A stretch of 64,000 nucleotides of DNA from Pirellulales bacterium (GCA_050184475.1 JBFXAH010000001.1:59604-123603), one strand, 5' to 3'. Shown: positions 44,346 to 54,309, numbered from the stretch's first letter. The notes: generated by a model from the letters alone, not told the origin. Made by a program: numbers and translations.

Positions 44346-45995
44346 TTACTGGCCGTGCGTGCATCCGCACCCAGCCCCCAAGTTGCTTTTGAGAAGCTGG
44401 GCTTCGAGCACCACGCTGTTCTTGCTGGCGATGACCTCGCCGGGAAGCAACCCGGCGATGATCTCCGTATCATCGCCATCTTGCACGCCGACACGCACGG
44501 TGCGCACGTGAAAGAACTTGGGGGCGCCGGGCTGGAGATAGTTGCGGTCGCGCACGAATACCACGGAGCAAGCCCCGTCGCGATGCACGGCCTCGGTCGG
44601 CACAAGCATCGGTGCCGCTTCGTCGCGCAAGATGATGCGCCCGGTCCCAAACGTGTTGGCTCGCAATAAGCGATCGGCGTTGGGCAGATCGACGCGCACC
44701 TTCACGGTGCGCGTTTCATCGTCGGCCGCCGTGCTGATCCAGGCCACGGTGCCCTCGAGTGTGCTGCGGTCATCTCGATCGTCAGGCTGGAAACTCACCG
44801 CCTGGCCCAATGCCACGTGCGGCGCATCTTCTTGCCGGACGTTGAGCATCAACCACAAGCGGCTGATGTCCGCCACGGTGAACAGCACGTTCGTGGTCGC
44901 GACGACTTCGCCCGGCACCAGGTCGCGCTGTACGACGATGCCGTCGAGCGGCGCCCGCATCGGCAACAGGTTCGAGGTAATCGAGCGAGTAGCGAATTCG
45001 CTCTGCATCTCCGCGGGTAATCCCAGAAATTGAATGCGCCGCGCGATTTCATCGGTCGGCAGCTCGGCCAAGGCCTGATACTCGACGGCCAGCCCAAGAT
45101 TCACCAAACCCTGCTGCGCGCCCAGCCGGCGGATTTGAGCCTCTTGGAACGCAGACTCGGCTTCGCGGGCCTGGCGTTCGGGAATCGAACCATCGGCCAA
45201 GAGCGCGGCGAGCCGTTCGTAATTCGTCTGTCGCAGCCGGAACTGGGCGATCGCTTGCAAGAACTCGCTCTTCAGCCGCCCGACGTCGGCGGCATCGATC
45301 AACGCCAGGATGTCGCCGGCCTTGACCCGATCGCCTACCTGACGATCGACGCGCCAGACCGTGCCGGGCACGCGCGCCGAAAGGTGCGCCATCCGCGTTT
45401 CGTCGTAGATCACTTCGCCGTTGGCGGTGACCGCCTCGACGAGCGGTCGCTCGCGCACGACGTCGATATCCACCCCCGCCTTGTCGAGCGCTTCGGTCGA
45501 GGCAAACTGGATGCGGTGCGTGTGCAACGTGCAGCGGCTGTCGTTTTCCGGACGCGGCTTCAGATCGAGCGCGCGCTGTGCCTGGGCGAGCATCGCCGGC
45601 GTTACCGTCGGCGTTTCGGGCAGCTCGGCGACGTCGGGGTGCTCGAACGGACATTGCGCAACGCCATGCAGTTTGCACCAGCCGTAGTCGGGGCCACGCG
45701 GTACGAGTTGCGGGTTGCATTCGATGCACTCGGCATCGGGAACATTGTGTTCGTTGCACCAGGCCGGCGCGGCGGCGGCGGTCCCGCTGCCGAATAAGGC
45801 CGAGAACTTCGGTACCGTCCAATGCGTGTAATGCCCCCACAGGCCAATCCCGGCCAGCGCGCAAATCACGGCGAGCGTGGGGACTGCGGATAACAACTTG
45901 CGACCAGCACCACGACGGCGATCCTGCCGAGCGGCGGACGGGGCGGTGCCGGCGGGTAACTCGGTCGAGTAGTTCGGATGCGAGATAGCGGACAT
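44346..45995 (-). CDS. Efflux RND periplasmic adaptor (CzcB/CusB-like) with an N-terminal Cys/His motif domain
   Basis: I prefer the ATG at 45995 (MSAISHPNY...) to the track start at 46091. One TM segment. Motifs PAWCNEHNVPDAECIECNP and YGWCKLHGVAQCPFEHPD. The MFP core includes RVPGTVWRVDRQVGDRVKAGDILALID and APLDGIVVQRDLVPGEVV. Confidence 0.85.
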   Translation of the reverse strand: MSAISHPNYSTELPAGTAPSAARQDRRRGAGRKLLSAVPTLAVICALAGIGLWGHYTHWTVPKFSALFGSGTAAAAPAWCNEHNVPDAECIECNPQLVPRGPDYGWCKLHGVAQCPFEHPDVAELPETPTVTPAMLAQAQRALDLKPRPENDSRCTLHTHRIQFASTEALDKAGVDIDVVRERPLVEAVTANGEVIYDETRMAHLSARVPGTVWRVDRQVGDRVKAGDILALIDAADVGRLKSEFLQAIAQFRLRQTNYERLAALLADGSIPERQAREAESAFQEAQIRRLGAQQGLVNLGLAVEYQALAELPTDEIARRIQFLGLPAEMQSEFATRSITSNLLPMRAPLDGIVVQRDLVPGEVVATTNVLFTVADISRLWLMLNVRQEDAPHVALGQAVSFQPDDRDDRSTLEGTVAWISTAADDETRTVKVRVDLPNADRLLRANTFGTGRIILRDEAAPMLVPTEAVHRDGACSVVFVRDRNYLQPGAPKFFHVRTVRVGVQDGDDTEIIAGLLPGEVIASKNSVVLEAQLLKSNLGAGCGCTHGQ

Positions 45996-46140
45996 CGCGA
46001 GTATTCCTAGCCAGGAACTTCGGAGTATTGAACGACAGCGAGAACAAGCAGGCGTAGCGGCAGGCGCGCAAAAGCACGCGTGTGCCAACACGAGAATGGA
46101 CCGCGCAACAGGTGCTACCTACGCGCGATCTGGCTAGCCG

Positions 46141-46569
46141 TCAAATCAGCAGAACCTGCTGGGCTAGATGGAGCCGCACAGGCGGCGGTGCGGCGGTACA
46201 GAAGAGGGCGTCGAGCCAGGATGGCACCGCGGCGCTGCTGCAATCCGCCAAGGGGTCGATCGAGGCAACGATCGCCAACGGAGTGACCGTCAGCGGAATC
46301 TCGAACGAGGTCTTCTGGGGGGGCAAATAAGTGCAAACCCCCTGGCAATGCGAGTCGCCGGGGCACGGTTCCTCGGATTCGTGCTGGCCACCAGATTGAT
46401 GATTGCAGCCGCAGCCATGGTCGGCGTCAGCAGGATGCCGGTGCGAGCCAACCACGTTGTTAGCCGATTGACAGCCGACAGCCGGCACGTGTTCGTGGTG
46501 CCAACAGCACCCCAATACCGCGTGCAGCAGCAGGGTCGCCGAGATCAAACTGGATACGAACGCATGCAT
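46141..46569 (-). CDS. Small His/Cys-rich hypothetical protein upstream of czcB (possible metal-binding accessory or sensor)
   Basis: MHAFVSSLISATLLLHAVLGCCWHHEHVP...HRHPADADHGCGCNHQSGGQHESEEPCPGDSHCQGVC.... N-terminal hydrophobic segment. Same strand as czcB, 145 nt upstream of it. No family recognised. Confidence 0.5.
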   Translation of the reverse strand: MHAFVSSLISATLLLHAVLGCCWHHEHVPAVGCQSANNVVGSHRHPADADHGCGCNHQSGGQHESEEPCPGDSHCQGVCTYLPPQKTSFEIPLTVTPLAIVASIDPLADCSSAAVPSWLDALFCTAAPPPVRLHLAQQVLLI

Positions 46570-46728
46570 GCCAAGCCCTTCTCACAGTATCATTACGGTG
46601 TTTCGACCTGGAAGCAAGACGGGTTCTTTCGCCAGCCGAGCTGTCGCATTGTCTTTGCCGGCCGCGGCTTAGGTCGAAATTGCCAGGGGTGTGACGAGGG
46701 TTCGTGTTCAAATCTGGGGGGATGCCAA

Positions 46729-48192
46729 GTGGCACAGTCGATCCTCGTGGGCAAAGGGGCCCAATCGTGTCATCTGCTGGCACCCATGTGTAATCGCCAC
46801 GGACTGGTGGCCGGCGCCACGGGGACCGGCAAGACCGTCACCTTGCGCATCCTGGCCGAGGGACTGAGCAGAATCGGAGTGCCGGTCTTTCTGGCCGACG
46901 TCAAGGGAGACCTGGCTGGCATGTCGCTGCCGGGCGAAGCGAACGAGAAGTTCGCTACGCGAGCCCTGGAGCTTGGTGTGCCCGACTACGAGCCCCGCGC
47001 CGTGCCGGTCGAGTATTGGGATCTGTTCGGCCAGCAAGGGCATCCCGTGCGGGCGACGGTATCGGATATCGGTCCACTGCTGCTGTCTCGGCTGCTGAAT
47101 CTGAACGACACGCAGACCGGGGTGTTGAACGTGGCCTTCCGAGCTGCCGACGATCAAGGTCTGCTGCTGTTGGATCTGAAGGACCTGCAGGCGGTTCTCA
47201 AGCACGTTGGCGAAAACTCGCGGGAGTACTCGACCAGCTACGGCAACGTCTCGGGAGCCAGCGTCGCCGCGATCCAGCGCGCACTCTTGTCGCTCGAACA
47301 ACAGGGGCTCGATGGTTTTCTCGGCGAGCCGGCTCTCGACATCGACGATTTCCTGCGCGTCGATGCCGCGGGCCAGGGCGTGGTCAACATCCTGGCTGCC
47401 GACCGCTTGATGACGACGCCCAAGCTCTACGCGACGTTTCTCCTGTGGCTGTTGGCCGAGTTGTTCGAGCAACTTCCCGAAGTCGGCGATCCGGATCAGC
47501 CCCGGCTGGTCTTCTTCTTCGACGAGGCACATCTGTTGTTTGACGAAGCACCCAAGGTGGTGCTCGACAAGATCGAGCAAGTCGTGCGCCTGATTCGCTC
47601 CAAAGGGGTCGGCGTCTTCTTCGTCACGCAGAATCCGCTCGACGTGCCCGACGACGTGCTCGGGCAACTCGGCAATCGCGTGCAGCACGCCCTGCGGGCT
47701 TTCACGCCCAAGGATCGCAAACGGGTGCGGGCGGCCGCCGAGACCTTTCGCAGCGACGGTTCGTTCGACGTCGAGCAGGCAATCGGCGAGCTGGCGGTCG
47801 GCGAAGCACTGGTCTCGCTGCTGGACGAACAAGGAGTGCCCCAACCCGTCGAACGCGCGCGAATCGTTCCACCCGCCAGCCGCTTGGGTACGATCTCGCC
47901 GGCGGAGCGCCGCGCGATAGTCGACATTTCGCCGCTGACCGCGCGGTATGCTCGCTCGATCGACCGCGAATCGGCCTACGAACTGTTGAAGGCCCGCGCC
48001 GAGGCCGAGGAGCGCGCCGCCGAGTCGGACGATCAAGACCCCATCAAGTCGCCGAGCAGTCGCTCGCGCCGGCAGTCGCCGTTGGAGGCAATGCTCACCA
48101 GCACGGCCCGTTCGTTCGGAACTCAGCTCGGTCGCCAGATCGTGCGCGGGATTCTCGGCTCGCTGCCGGGGCGAAAGCGCCGCCGGCGGTAG
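46729..48192 (+). CDS. HerA-like helicase domain ATPase (DUF853 / YjgR family)
   Basis: ILVGKGAQSCHLLAPMCNRHGLVAGATGTGKTVTL (Walker A) and RLVFFFDEAHLLF (Walker B). I prefer the GTG at 46729. The track start at 46168 would run antisense through the neighbouring gene. Confidence 0.85.
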   Translation: MAQSILVGKGAQSCHLLAPMCNRHGLVAGATGTGKTVTLRILAEGLSRIGVPVFLADVKGDLAGMSLPGEANEKFATRALELGVPDYEPRAVPVEYWDLFGQQGHPVRATVSDIGPLLLSRLLNLNDTQTGVLNVAFRAADDQGLLLLDLKDLQAVLKHVGENSREYSTSYGNVSGASVAAIQRALLSLEQQGLDGFLGEPALDIDDFLRVDAAGQGVVNILAADRLMTTPKLYATFLLWLLAELFEQLPEVGDPDQPRLVFFFDEAHLLFDEAPKVVLDKIEQVVRLIRSKGVGVFFVTQNPLDVPDDVLGQLGNRVQHALRAFTPKDRKRVRAAAETFRSDGSFDVEQAIGELAVGEALVSLLDEQGVPQPVERARIVPPASRLGTISPAERRAIVDISPLTARYARSIDRESAYELLKARAEAEERAAESDDQDPIKSPSSRSRRQSPLEAMLTSTARSFGTQLGRQIVRGILGSLPGRKRRRR

Positions 48193-48356
48193 ATCCTGCC
48201 ACCGCCCGGACCTAGTCGTTCGGTTATTAGTGGTTAGCACGGCTCTGCGGGGGCACGAGTTGGCCAATTTGACAGCGATGTCGCCGCCACCTACTAGTTT
48301 GGTGGAGATTCAAATTCGTTGCCGAGACGGCGGCCACGGCCGCGGGAGTGTGCGTC

Positions 48357-48941
48357 ATGTCCAGCGATTTTCGTTCTGGGCCGGTCGAGGCCTTGCGTCA
48401 CGAGCTCGAGGCGCTGCGCGCCGGCTGGTGGTGGTTCTTGCTGTTGGGCATTCTGCTGATTGTCGTGGGCACGACGGCCATCACCTACTCAGTGCTGGCG
48501 ACCGTCATGGCCGTGGCCTTCATCGGGGTGCTGTTGGTGATGGCGGGCGGAGCCCAACTCGTGGCTGCATTCTGGGCGGGCAATTGGAGCGGATTCTTGC
48601 TCTCCGTGTTGGCTGCCATCTTGCACCTGGTTGTGGGGGCAATGCTCATCGCTCGCCCCGTGGCTGCGGGTGAAGCCTTGGCGCTGTTGATCGGCGCCTT
48701 CTTTCTCGTCGGAGGTTTGTTCCGCATCATCGCCGCGATGGCTCTACGCGTACATCACTGGGGCTGGCTGCTGCTCAACGGTGCGGTCACGGCGCTATTG
48801 GGCCTATTGGTGCTCGGCGACTGGCCTGGCTCGAGCCTGTGGGTCATCGGCACGCTGATCGGAGTCGATCTGTTGTTCCATGGCTGGGTCTGGGTGATGT
48901 TGGCGTTTGGACTGCGCAACGTCCCTGAACGAGCCCAGTGA
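48357..48941 (+). CDS. HdeD-family (DUF308) membrane protein
   Basis: Repeated GxxxG-rich TM pairs: WWWFLLLGILLIVVGTTAI, GVLLVMAGGAQLVAAFWAGNWSGFLL, GAFFLVGGLFRIIAA, LLNGAVTALLGLLVL. Confidence 0.75.
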   Translation: MSSDFRSGPVEALRHELEALRAGWWWFLLLGILLIVVGTTAITYSVLATVMAVAFIGVLLVMAGGAQLVAAFWAGNWSGFLLSVLAAILHLVVGAMLIARPVAAGEALALLIGAFFLVGGLFRIIAAMALRVHHWGWLLLNGAVTALLGLLVLGDWPGSSLWVIGTLIGVDLLFHGWVWVMLAFGLRNVPERAQ

Positions 48942-49017
48942 CTTAGTCGCCTAGTTGCTTGGCAGCCTGCGACGATCGTATCCTGCGGATTGGCTTGTCG
49001 CCCTGCAGGAGATCGTC

Positions 49018-50199
49018 ATGACGCTTGGCTATCGGATTATCGCGCTTCGAGCTGTTCATTCGGCGCTTTGGTTGACAAGTGCGCTCTGCGTATTGCAATA
49101 CGCGCCGGAAGTGTTGCCCTGCCGAGCGACAGGCAGCACCTTGCGAGCCGACGAACCAGCGCCGCCCGACCCCGTTGAAGCGCCGTTCTACGCCGACAAG
49201 TCGCGGCTGCTCGTGTTGCTCGACGAGCAGTTGCGCGAGCAGCCCATTCGCACGGTCGAAGAGTGGGCCCAGCGGCGTGCTCATATCTTGGCCAGCATGC
49301 AACAGGTCATGGGACCACTTCCCGGTCCCGAGCGCCGCTGTCCGCTCGACGTGCAGGTAATTGAAGAGGTCCAGGCCGACGGCCTCCGGCGGCGCAAACT
49401 CACGTTTGCCGCCGAGCCCGGCGATCGCGTGCCGGCGTATCTGTTGCTGCCGTCGGGCGAACCGCGGCGACGGCCGGCGATCTTGTGTTTGCACCAGACG
49501 CATCCGCTGGGAAAAGGAGAACCGGCCGGCCTGGGGGACAACCCCAATAAGCAGTACGCGCTGGAGCTGGCGCGCCGCGGCTACGTGACGTTGGCAGTCG
49601 ATTATCCAAACTTTGGCGAGTATCGCTTCGATCCGTATGCGCACGGCTACGCCAGCGCCACGATGAAGGGAATTTGGAACCACATCCGCGCGATCGATCT
49701 GCTGTGTGCGCTGGATGAAGTCGACCCCCAGCGGGTTGGCGCAATCGGCCATTCGTTGGGGGGTCACAATAGCCTGTTCGTCGCGGTCTTCGACGAGCGG
49801 ATCAAGGCCGTGGTATCGAGTTGTGGGTTCTGCAGCTTTCCGCGCTACTACGAGGGGAACCTGGCCGGCTGGAGCCACAACGGGTACATGCCGCGGATTC
49901 GCGAGGTCTACGAGCTCGATCCGGCCAAGATGCCGTTCGATTTTACCGAACTGCTCGCGGCGCTGGCTCCGCGGGCCTGCCTGGCCATCGCGCCGCTCGA
50001 CGATGCCAACTTCGCCGTGGAGGGGGTGCGTGAATGCATCGCGGCCGCGCGGCCAGTGTATGAGCTGTACGGCGCGGGTGAACATTTGGTCGCCAGCTAT
50101 CCCGACGGCAAGCACGATTTTCCGCCCGCCGAACGCGAGCGAGCGTACGCCTGGTTCGATCGCTGGCTCGCTGATACCGCGCACCGCCAGGCGGAGTAA
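49018..50199 (+). CDS. Secreted alpha/beta hydrolase (dienelactone hydrolase / esterase-like)
   Basis: Nucleophile elbow GHSLGG. Also CLHQTHPLGK and HDFP near the C-terminus. I prefer the ATG at 49018 (MTLGYRIIALRAV...). Confidence 0.7.
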   Translation: MTLGYRIIALRAVHSALWLTSALCVLQYAPEVLPCRATGSTLRADEPAPPDPVEAPFYADKSRLLVLLDEQLREQPIRTVEEWAQRRAHILASMQQVMGPLPGPERRCPLDVQVIEEVQADGLRRRKLTFAAEPGDRVPAYLLLPSGEPRRRPAILCLHQTHPLGKGEPAGLGDNPNKQYALELARRGYVTLAVDYPNFGEYRFDPYAHGYASATMKGIWNHIRAIDLLCALDEVDPQRVGAIGHSLGGHNSLFVAVFDERIKAVVSSCGFCSFPRYYEGNLAGWSHNGYMPRIREVYELDPAKMPFDFTELLAALAPRACLAIAPLDDANFAVEGVRECIAAARPVYELYGAGEHLVASYPDGKHDFPPAERERAYAWFDRWLADTAHRQAE

Positions 50200-50227
50200 A
50201 CACTGGCCGGCCAGTCGCGGCGCGCCG

Positions 50228-51787
50228 CTAACTTCCGGTCGCCGCTTCCTTGGTGCGGCCCGCGGGCGCGCGATCGCGGTTCCATTGGCTCCATTGATCG
50301 CGTAGTTCGCGCTTCAGGATCTTGCCAGTTGGTCCCTTGGGCAACTCAGGGCGGAAGACGACCTCTTGCGGCAATTTGTATTTGGCCAAATGTCGCTCGA
50401 GATGCGCCATTACCTCGGCCGCCGACAAGTGTTGATTCGGCTTGCAGGCCACGATGGCGACGACGTTCTCCCCCTTAGCTTCGTCGAACGCGCCGATCAC
50501 CGCCGCCTCGGCCACTTGCGGCAACTGGAACAGGGCTTCTTCGATCTCGCGGGGATAGATGTTGAAGCCCCCCTTGATGATCATGTCTTTCTTGCGATCG
50601 ACGATATAGAAGAAGTCTTCGTCGTCGCGATAGCCCAGATCGCCGGTGTGGAACCAGCCGCTGCGCATCGCCTCGGCGGTTTCCTCGGGCTTGTTGAGGT
50701 ACCCGAGCATGACGTTGGGGGCCTTGATGACGACCTCGCCCACCTCGCCATTGGGGAGCTCGCGGTCGTTTTCGTCGAAGATTTTCATCTCGACCCCCGC
50801 GAACGGCTGGCCGATCGAACCGATCTTGCGTCGCTCGGGGCGATTGATCGAAACGCTGACAGTCGTTTCGGTGAGGCCGAACCCTTCGTAGATCGGCACG
50901 CCGGTGACTTTCTCGAATTGCCCGAGCACCTCGACCGGCATGGCGGCCCCGCCCGAAATGCAATACCGCAGGGCCGCGAACTTGGTCTCGCCGATCTTGG
51001 GATGCTTGAGCAGGTAGAAGTACATCGTCGGCACGCCGGCGAACGACGTGATGCCGTCGACGGCCAGGCTGTTGAAGCAGGCTTCCAGCTCGAACTTGGG
51101 CTGCAGCACCACGGTGGTGCGGCTGCGAATCGACGAGTTCAAAATGCCGTTGAGCGCGAAGACATGGAACAAGGGGAGCACGCACAGCCACTTGTCGCCA
51201 GGTTGCGTCGGCACGATCGACTCGAACATGTCGAGATTGGCGATCACATTGGCGTCGGTGATCTGAGCCCCCTTGGGCCGGCCCGTCGTGCCCGAAGTGT
51301 AGAGCGTAAGAATCGGCAGCCCGGGATCGACCTCGGCGGGCTGGAAACTCGGATCGTCCTTGAGCAATTCCTGGAACGAGCGCTGGCCGGCGGTGTTCTG
51401 CCCGACGACGAAGATCTGGGGGGGGTTCGGCAAATGCTGCGTGCCGCGGACCACCTGCTCGGCGAACATTTCGTAGGTGACGATCAAGCGGATGTTGCTG
51501 TCGGTCACGAGATACTCGATCTCGTCGGCCTGCAGCATGACGTTGAAGGGGACCATGACTCCGCCGGCCAGCAGCGTGCCGAAATAGGCGCTGGCGAACT
51601 GCGGAATGTTCGGCAGCATCACGCCGACCGAGTCGCCGGGGCGAATGCCTTCGGACCGCAGGCCCGCCGCTGCTTGGCGCGCCTGGTGGGCCAGCGCCGC
51701 GTACGGAACCTTGTTGCCCATGAACTCCAGGGCGATCGCCTCGGGTTGCTCCTGCGCCGCTGTGAGCAAGTATTCGTACAACCGCAT
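50228..51787 (-). CDS. Long-chain fatty acid--CoA ligase (AMP-binding / ANL superfamily)
   Basis: LYTSGTTGRPKGA (AMP-binding motif I), YGLTET-like EGFGLTETT, GWFHTGDLGY and IVDRKKDMIIKGGFNIYPREIE. Confidence 0.9.
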   Translation of the reverse strand: MRLYEYLLTAAQEQPEAIALEFMGNKVPYAALAHQARQAAAGLRSEGIRPGDSVGVMLPNIPQFASAYFGTLLAGGVMVPFNVMLQADEIEYLVTDSNIRLIVTYEMFAEQVVRGTQHLPNPPQIFVVGQNTAGQRSFQELLKDDPSFQPAEVDPGLPILTLYTSGTTGRPKGAQITDANVIANLDMFESIVPTQPGDKWLCVLPLFHVFALNGILNSSIRSRTTVVLQPKFELEACFNSLAVDGITSFAGVPTMYFYLLKHPKIGETKFAALRYCISGGAAMPVEVLGQFEKVTGVPIYEGFGLTETTVSVSINRPERRKIGSIGQPFAGVEMKIFDENDRELPNGEVGEVVIKAPNVMLGYLNKPEETAEAMRSGWFHTGDLGYRDDEDFFYIVDRKKDMIIKGGFNIYPREIEEALFQLPQVAEAAVIGAFDEAKGENVVAIVACKPNQHLSAAEVMAHLERHLAKYKLPQEVVFRPELPKGPTGKILKRELRDQWSQWNRDRAPAGRTKEAATGS

Positions 51788-51858
51788 GTAAACCGTCCCC
51801 CCAACGACAAACCGAGAACTCTTCGAGCTGCCCAGCGACCGTCACGCCGGCGACGCCT

Positions 51859-52170
51859 TTAGCCCCCTTTGATCTGCTTGATGGCCGACTCCATCATGGT
51901 TTTGACGGCCGGCTTCTTCTCTTTCTTGACCGCCGCTTCGAGCGCCGGCAGCGCGTCTTGCGCTTCGGCCCCCATCTGACCGAGCCGGCCGGCGGCGATA
52001 CCGCGCGCACCCTGGTCCTTGCTGCTGAGGTCCGCGATCAACGCGGCCTTGTCGTTCATGGGATTGGGCCCCTCGGGGACCCTTTCGTAGCTCTTTCCGC
52101 AGCCGGCCAGCCACGGGAGCGCGCAGACGGCCAACAGGATCATGAATTTCAATCGGGGTGCTTTCATCAT
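51859..52170 (-). CDS. Small lipoprotein with a HEAT-like repeat
   Basis: I prefer the start MMKAPRLKFMILLAVCALPWLAGC (lipobox LAGC) at 52170. ARGIAAGRLGQMGAEAQDALPALEAAVKKEKKPAV resembles a HEAT/PBS-lyase repeat. Confidence 0.5.
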   Translation of the reverse strand: MMKAPRLKFMILLAVCALPWLAGCGKSYERVPEGPNPMNDKAALIADLSSKDQGARGIAAGRLGQMGAEAQDALPALEAAVKKEKKPAVKTMMESAIKQIKGG

Positions 52171-52230
52171 CGATTCCAAATACGAACTTGCAGCCAGCCG
52201 CCACCGGCTGGCGCTGGGACCAGGACCTTG

Positions 52231-52279
52231 AACCAATAAAATAGCCCGAGCGAAGCCCAGAGAACAGGCGTCGCTCGGG
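52231..52279 (-). terminator. Candidate intrinsic terminator of the DUF1559 gene
   Basis: On the minus strand, cccgagcga (from 52279-52271) pairs with tcgctcggg (from 52253-52245). The stem is 9 bp with a 17-nt loop and is followed by ctattttattgg (T-rich). It starts 54 nt after the stop at 52333. Confidence 0.5.
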
Positions 52280-52332
52280 CGGGTTGCTTCAGGCAACGTC
52301 GATCGTCGGCCGACGACGATGCGGTTTAATGT

Positions 52333-53667
52333 TTACTGCTGCGAAGTCGCCCCGAACGGCTCCTCGCCCTGGATCGTCGACATGGCTCGGTAGATAGGGC
52401 CGTCGATGTTGTCGGCCACATAGTGGACCGAGGCATCGCCATACACGAAGTGTCCGCCGCCATCGTGAGCGCTACGAAAGTTGCTAGTGCGGGCCGCGGT
52501 GCCGCTGGTGTGCGTGCCGGGCGTGAAGGGCAAATTCGCCGTCGGGTAAGGGGCGGTCGAATCACTGTCCCACGGCTGGCTGGGGCGGCACGTCGTCAGG
52601 TTCGTGGCGTCGACAGCGACCAAGGTTTGCGTAACCGGAACCTTGTTGAGCTTTTCGAGCGTGCAGCCGAAGACACTCCCCAGGTAAATCTTCTTGGCGG
52701 CCAACTGGGTAATGCTCGGCGGCGCGTGCCACGACTGATAGGTCGGGAACAGCAACGTCGGATCGTTGGGGTGCAACTCGGCCTGGGGAGGCGTGGGCGG
52801 ATTCCAAGGAGCCGAGTTCTGGGTAATGGGGAAATCGGGGCCTTGTGCCCCTTCGCCGGCCATGAAGGTGTTGCTGGTCCCATCGCCGATCATGGCGATG
52901 GTGCAGGCGAACGAACCGCCGGGGACGTCAAACTCCTTGGGGAGCGAGACGTCGAACATGCCGCGCTCCCAAGTCGAAAAGACGCCCAGGTTGGCGACCG
53001 CATTGGCGGCCAGGTTCTGCGGCGTCTCGATGCGGTAGGGGAAACCGCACCAGGCATCCGACACCCCCTTGCAGAGGATGTAGTCGATCAGGCCGAATTT
53101 GGGGTCGTTGATCAAAGTCGGATCGACACCGGCACTGCCGCCGAACTCGCTGACCACCGCGGCGACGAAGTCCTTGATGAACGGCTCCTCGACCGGATTG
53201 GTTTTGTTACCGTTCGACGGGCAGATGAAAGCTTCGAGCGTGGCCCGCATGAAGGCCGGCGGCTGCGTCTGCCACGATTGTCCCTTGAGCATCACGTTGG
53301 TGATGGCGCTGGCTTCCATGTAGGGGAGAATCGAGGTGAAGGCCGTGTTGTAGACGCCGACGCCACCCAAGGTCAGATTGGTGAAGCTCGGCGGATCCCA
53401 GTATTGGCCGAAGCAGACGCCGGCCGGAAAGCAACCGAGGTTCGAGTTGTAGTTGTGCATGGCCTTTCCGATGTTGGAAAGGTTGTTCTTGCACTTCACC
53501 TTGTTCCCTGCCTCGCGTGCCTTTTGGATCGCCGGCAGCAAGAGGGCGATCAACACGCCGATGATGGCAATCACCACCAGCAGCTCCACGAGCGTAAAGC
53601 CACCCCTGCCTCGGGACACCTGCGACGATCGGGACCGTGCGCGAAAACCTAGCAGACGAGCGTGCAT
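52333..53667 (-). CDS. DUF1559 domain protein (prepilin-like N-terminus)
   Basis: GG|[40 protein letters not shown] and the C-terminal [21 protein letters not shown]. Confidence 0.85.
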   Translation of the reverse strand: MHARLLGFRARSRSSQVSRGRGGFTLVELLVVIAIIGVLIALLLPAIQKAREAGNKVKCKNNLSNIGKAMHNYNSNLGCFPAGVCFGQYWDPPSFTNLTLGGVGVYNTAFTSILPYMEASAITNVMLKGQSWQTQPPAFMRATLEAFICPSNGNKTNPVEEPFIKDFVAAVVSEFGGSAGVDPTLINDPKFGLIDYILCKGVSDAWCGFPYRIETPQNLAANAVANLGVFSTWERGMFDVSLPKEFDVPGGSFACTIAMIGDGTSNTFMAGEGAQGPDFPITQNSAPWNPPTPPQAELHPNDPTLLFPTYQSWHAPPSITQLAAKKIYLGSVFGCTLEKLNKVPVTQTLVAVDATNLTTCRPSQPWDSDSTAPYPTANLPFTPGTHTSGTAARTSNFRSAHDGGGHFVYGDASVHYVADNIDGPIYRAMSTIQGEEPFGATSQQ

Positions 53668-54000
53668 CGAAACCTCCTTCGAGCCTTATCGAGAGCTTTT
53701 CAGTCGTAAGGCCCGAGCCTCTTCGGCGCCTCTTTCCGGAACGACACCCGAGAACTTGCCCGCGTGGACCCACCTCCGCGAGCCGGACGACGGAGAACCC
53801 GTCGCCTGATCAAGCTTTGACCGACGCGCCATGCCAGGGGGGCGCGCGGCAACGCTCGAGACGTTCCCGCAGTCTACCGCTGCTGGCCGGTGTGTCAAGG
53901 AATTTCGAGACTTACGCGAATTCGAAGGTCAATGGCTAAGGGTGCGGGGCCAGGGGTCAGGTCCGGGGGCCCGGGTGGCTTTCGCCATGAATTCGTTAAC

Positions 54001-54025
54001 CACGGATAGCACGGATGACACGGAT
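54001..54025. repeat. 9-nt tandem repeat CACGGAT(nn) x3
   Basis: cacggatag cacggatga cacggat, read directly. It is part of a composite low-complexity intergenic region. Confidence 0.85.
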
Positions 54026-54309
54026 CAAGAACGCGGAACTCATATACGCAAAATCGACTGTTTGCGTCCTAACGAACCGTCTTGCGTCCTCAGGCAGACT
54101 GAGGTCTCAGCGGATCGCAGAGAGTTCTGTTCTCCGTCCTCCGCGTCCGTCGGCGGCCTCCGCGGTTCAACATCAAACGGTGGATTGGCTTCGTGCGCGG
54201 CGCGCACCTTTCCCGTCCCTCTCCCACCGGCTCTGACAAACGATCGCGCTCCGATCGCGAAGCCCCCAGGGGAGATGCGTGCTGATCAAGAGAAACCTGG
54301 CCACTAGCC

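Noticed and set aside
46601-46679. 9-bp inverted repeat tttcgacct / aggtcgaaa, considered as a regulatory operator or riboswitch-like structure
   Set aside because: The arms are 61 nt apart with no supporting internal structure that I could see. It is mentioned under the His/Cys-rich protein finding, but the evidence is insufficient for a feature call.
46168-46728. N-terminal 187-codon extension of the DUF853 ORF as given in the track (start at 46168)
   Set aside because: The extension runs antisense across the His/Cys-rich gene and the intergenic region and has no similarity to YjgR-type N-termini. The conserved family N-terminus (ILVGKG..LLAPM.NRHGL..GATGTGKT) begins just after the GTG at 46729.
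48269-48297. Sigma70-like promoter TTGACA-17-TACTAG upstream of the HdeD-like gene
   Set aside because: The -35 hexamer is perfect, but the -10 matches TATAAT at only 3 of 6 positions. Planctomycete promoter consensus is poorly known, so this is too weak to list as a feature.
53831-54307. 158-aa ORF, and other 60-110-aa ORFs, in the 53668-54710 gap
   Set aside because: They are composed of translated low-complexity repeats (for example the CACGGAT repeats giving TDSTDDTD). They have no start context and no hydrophobic or domain-like features, so the region is treated as non-coding.
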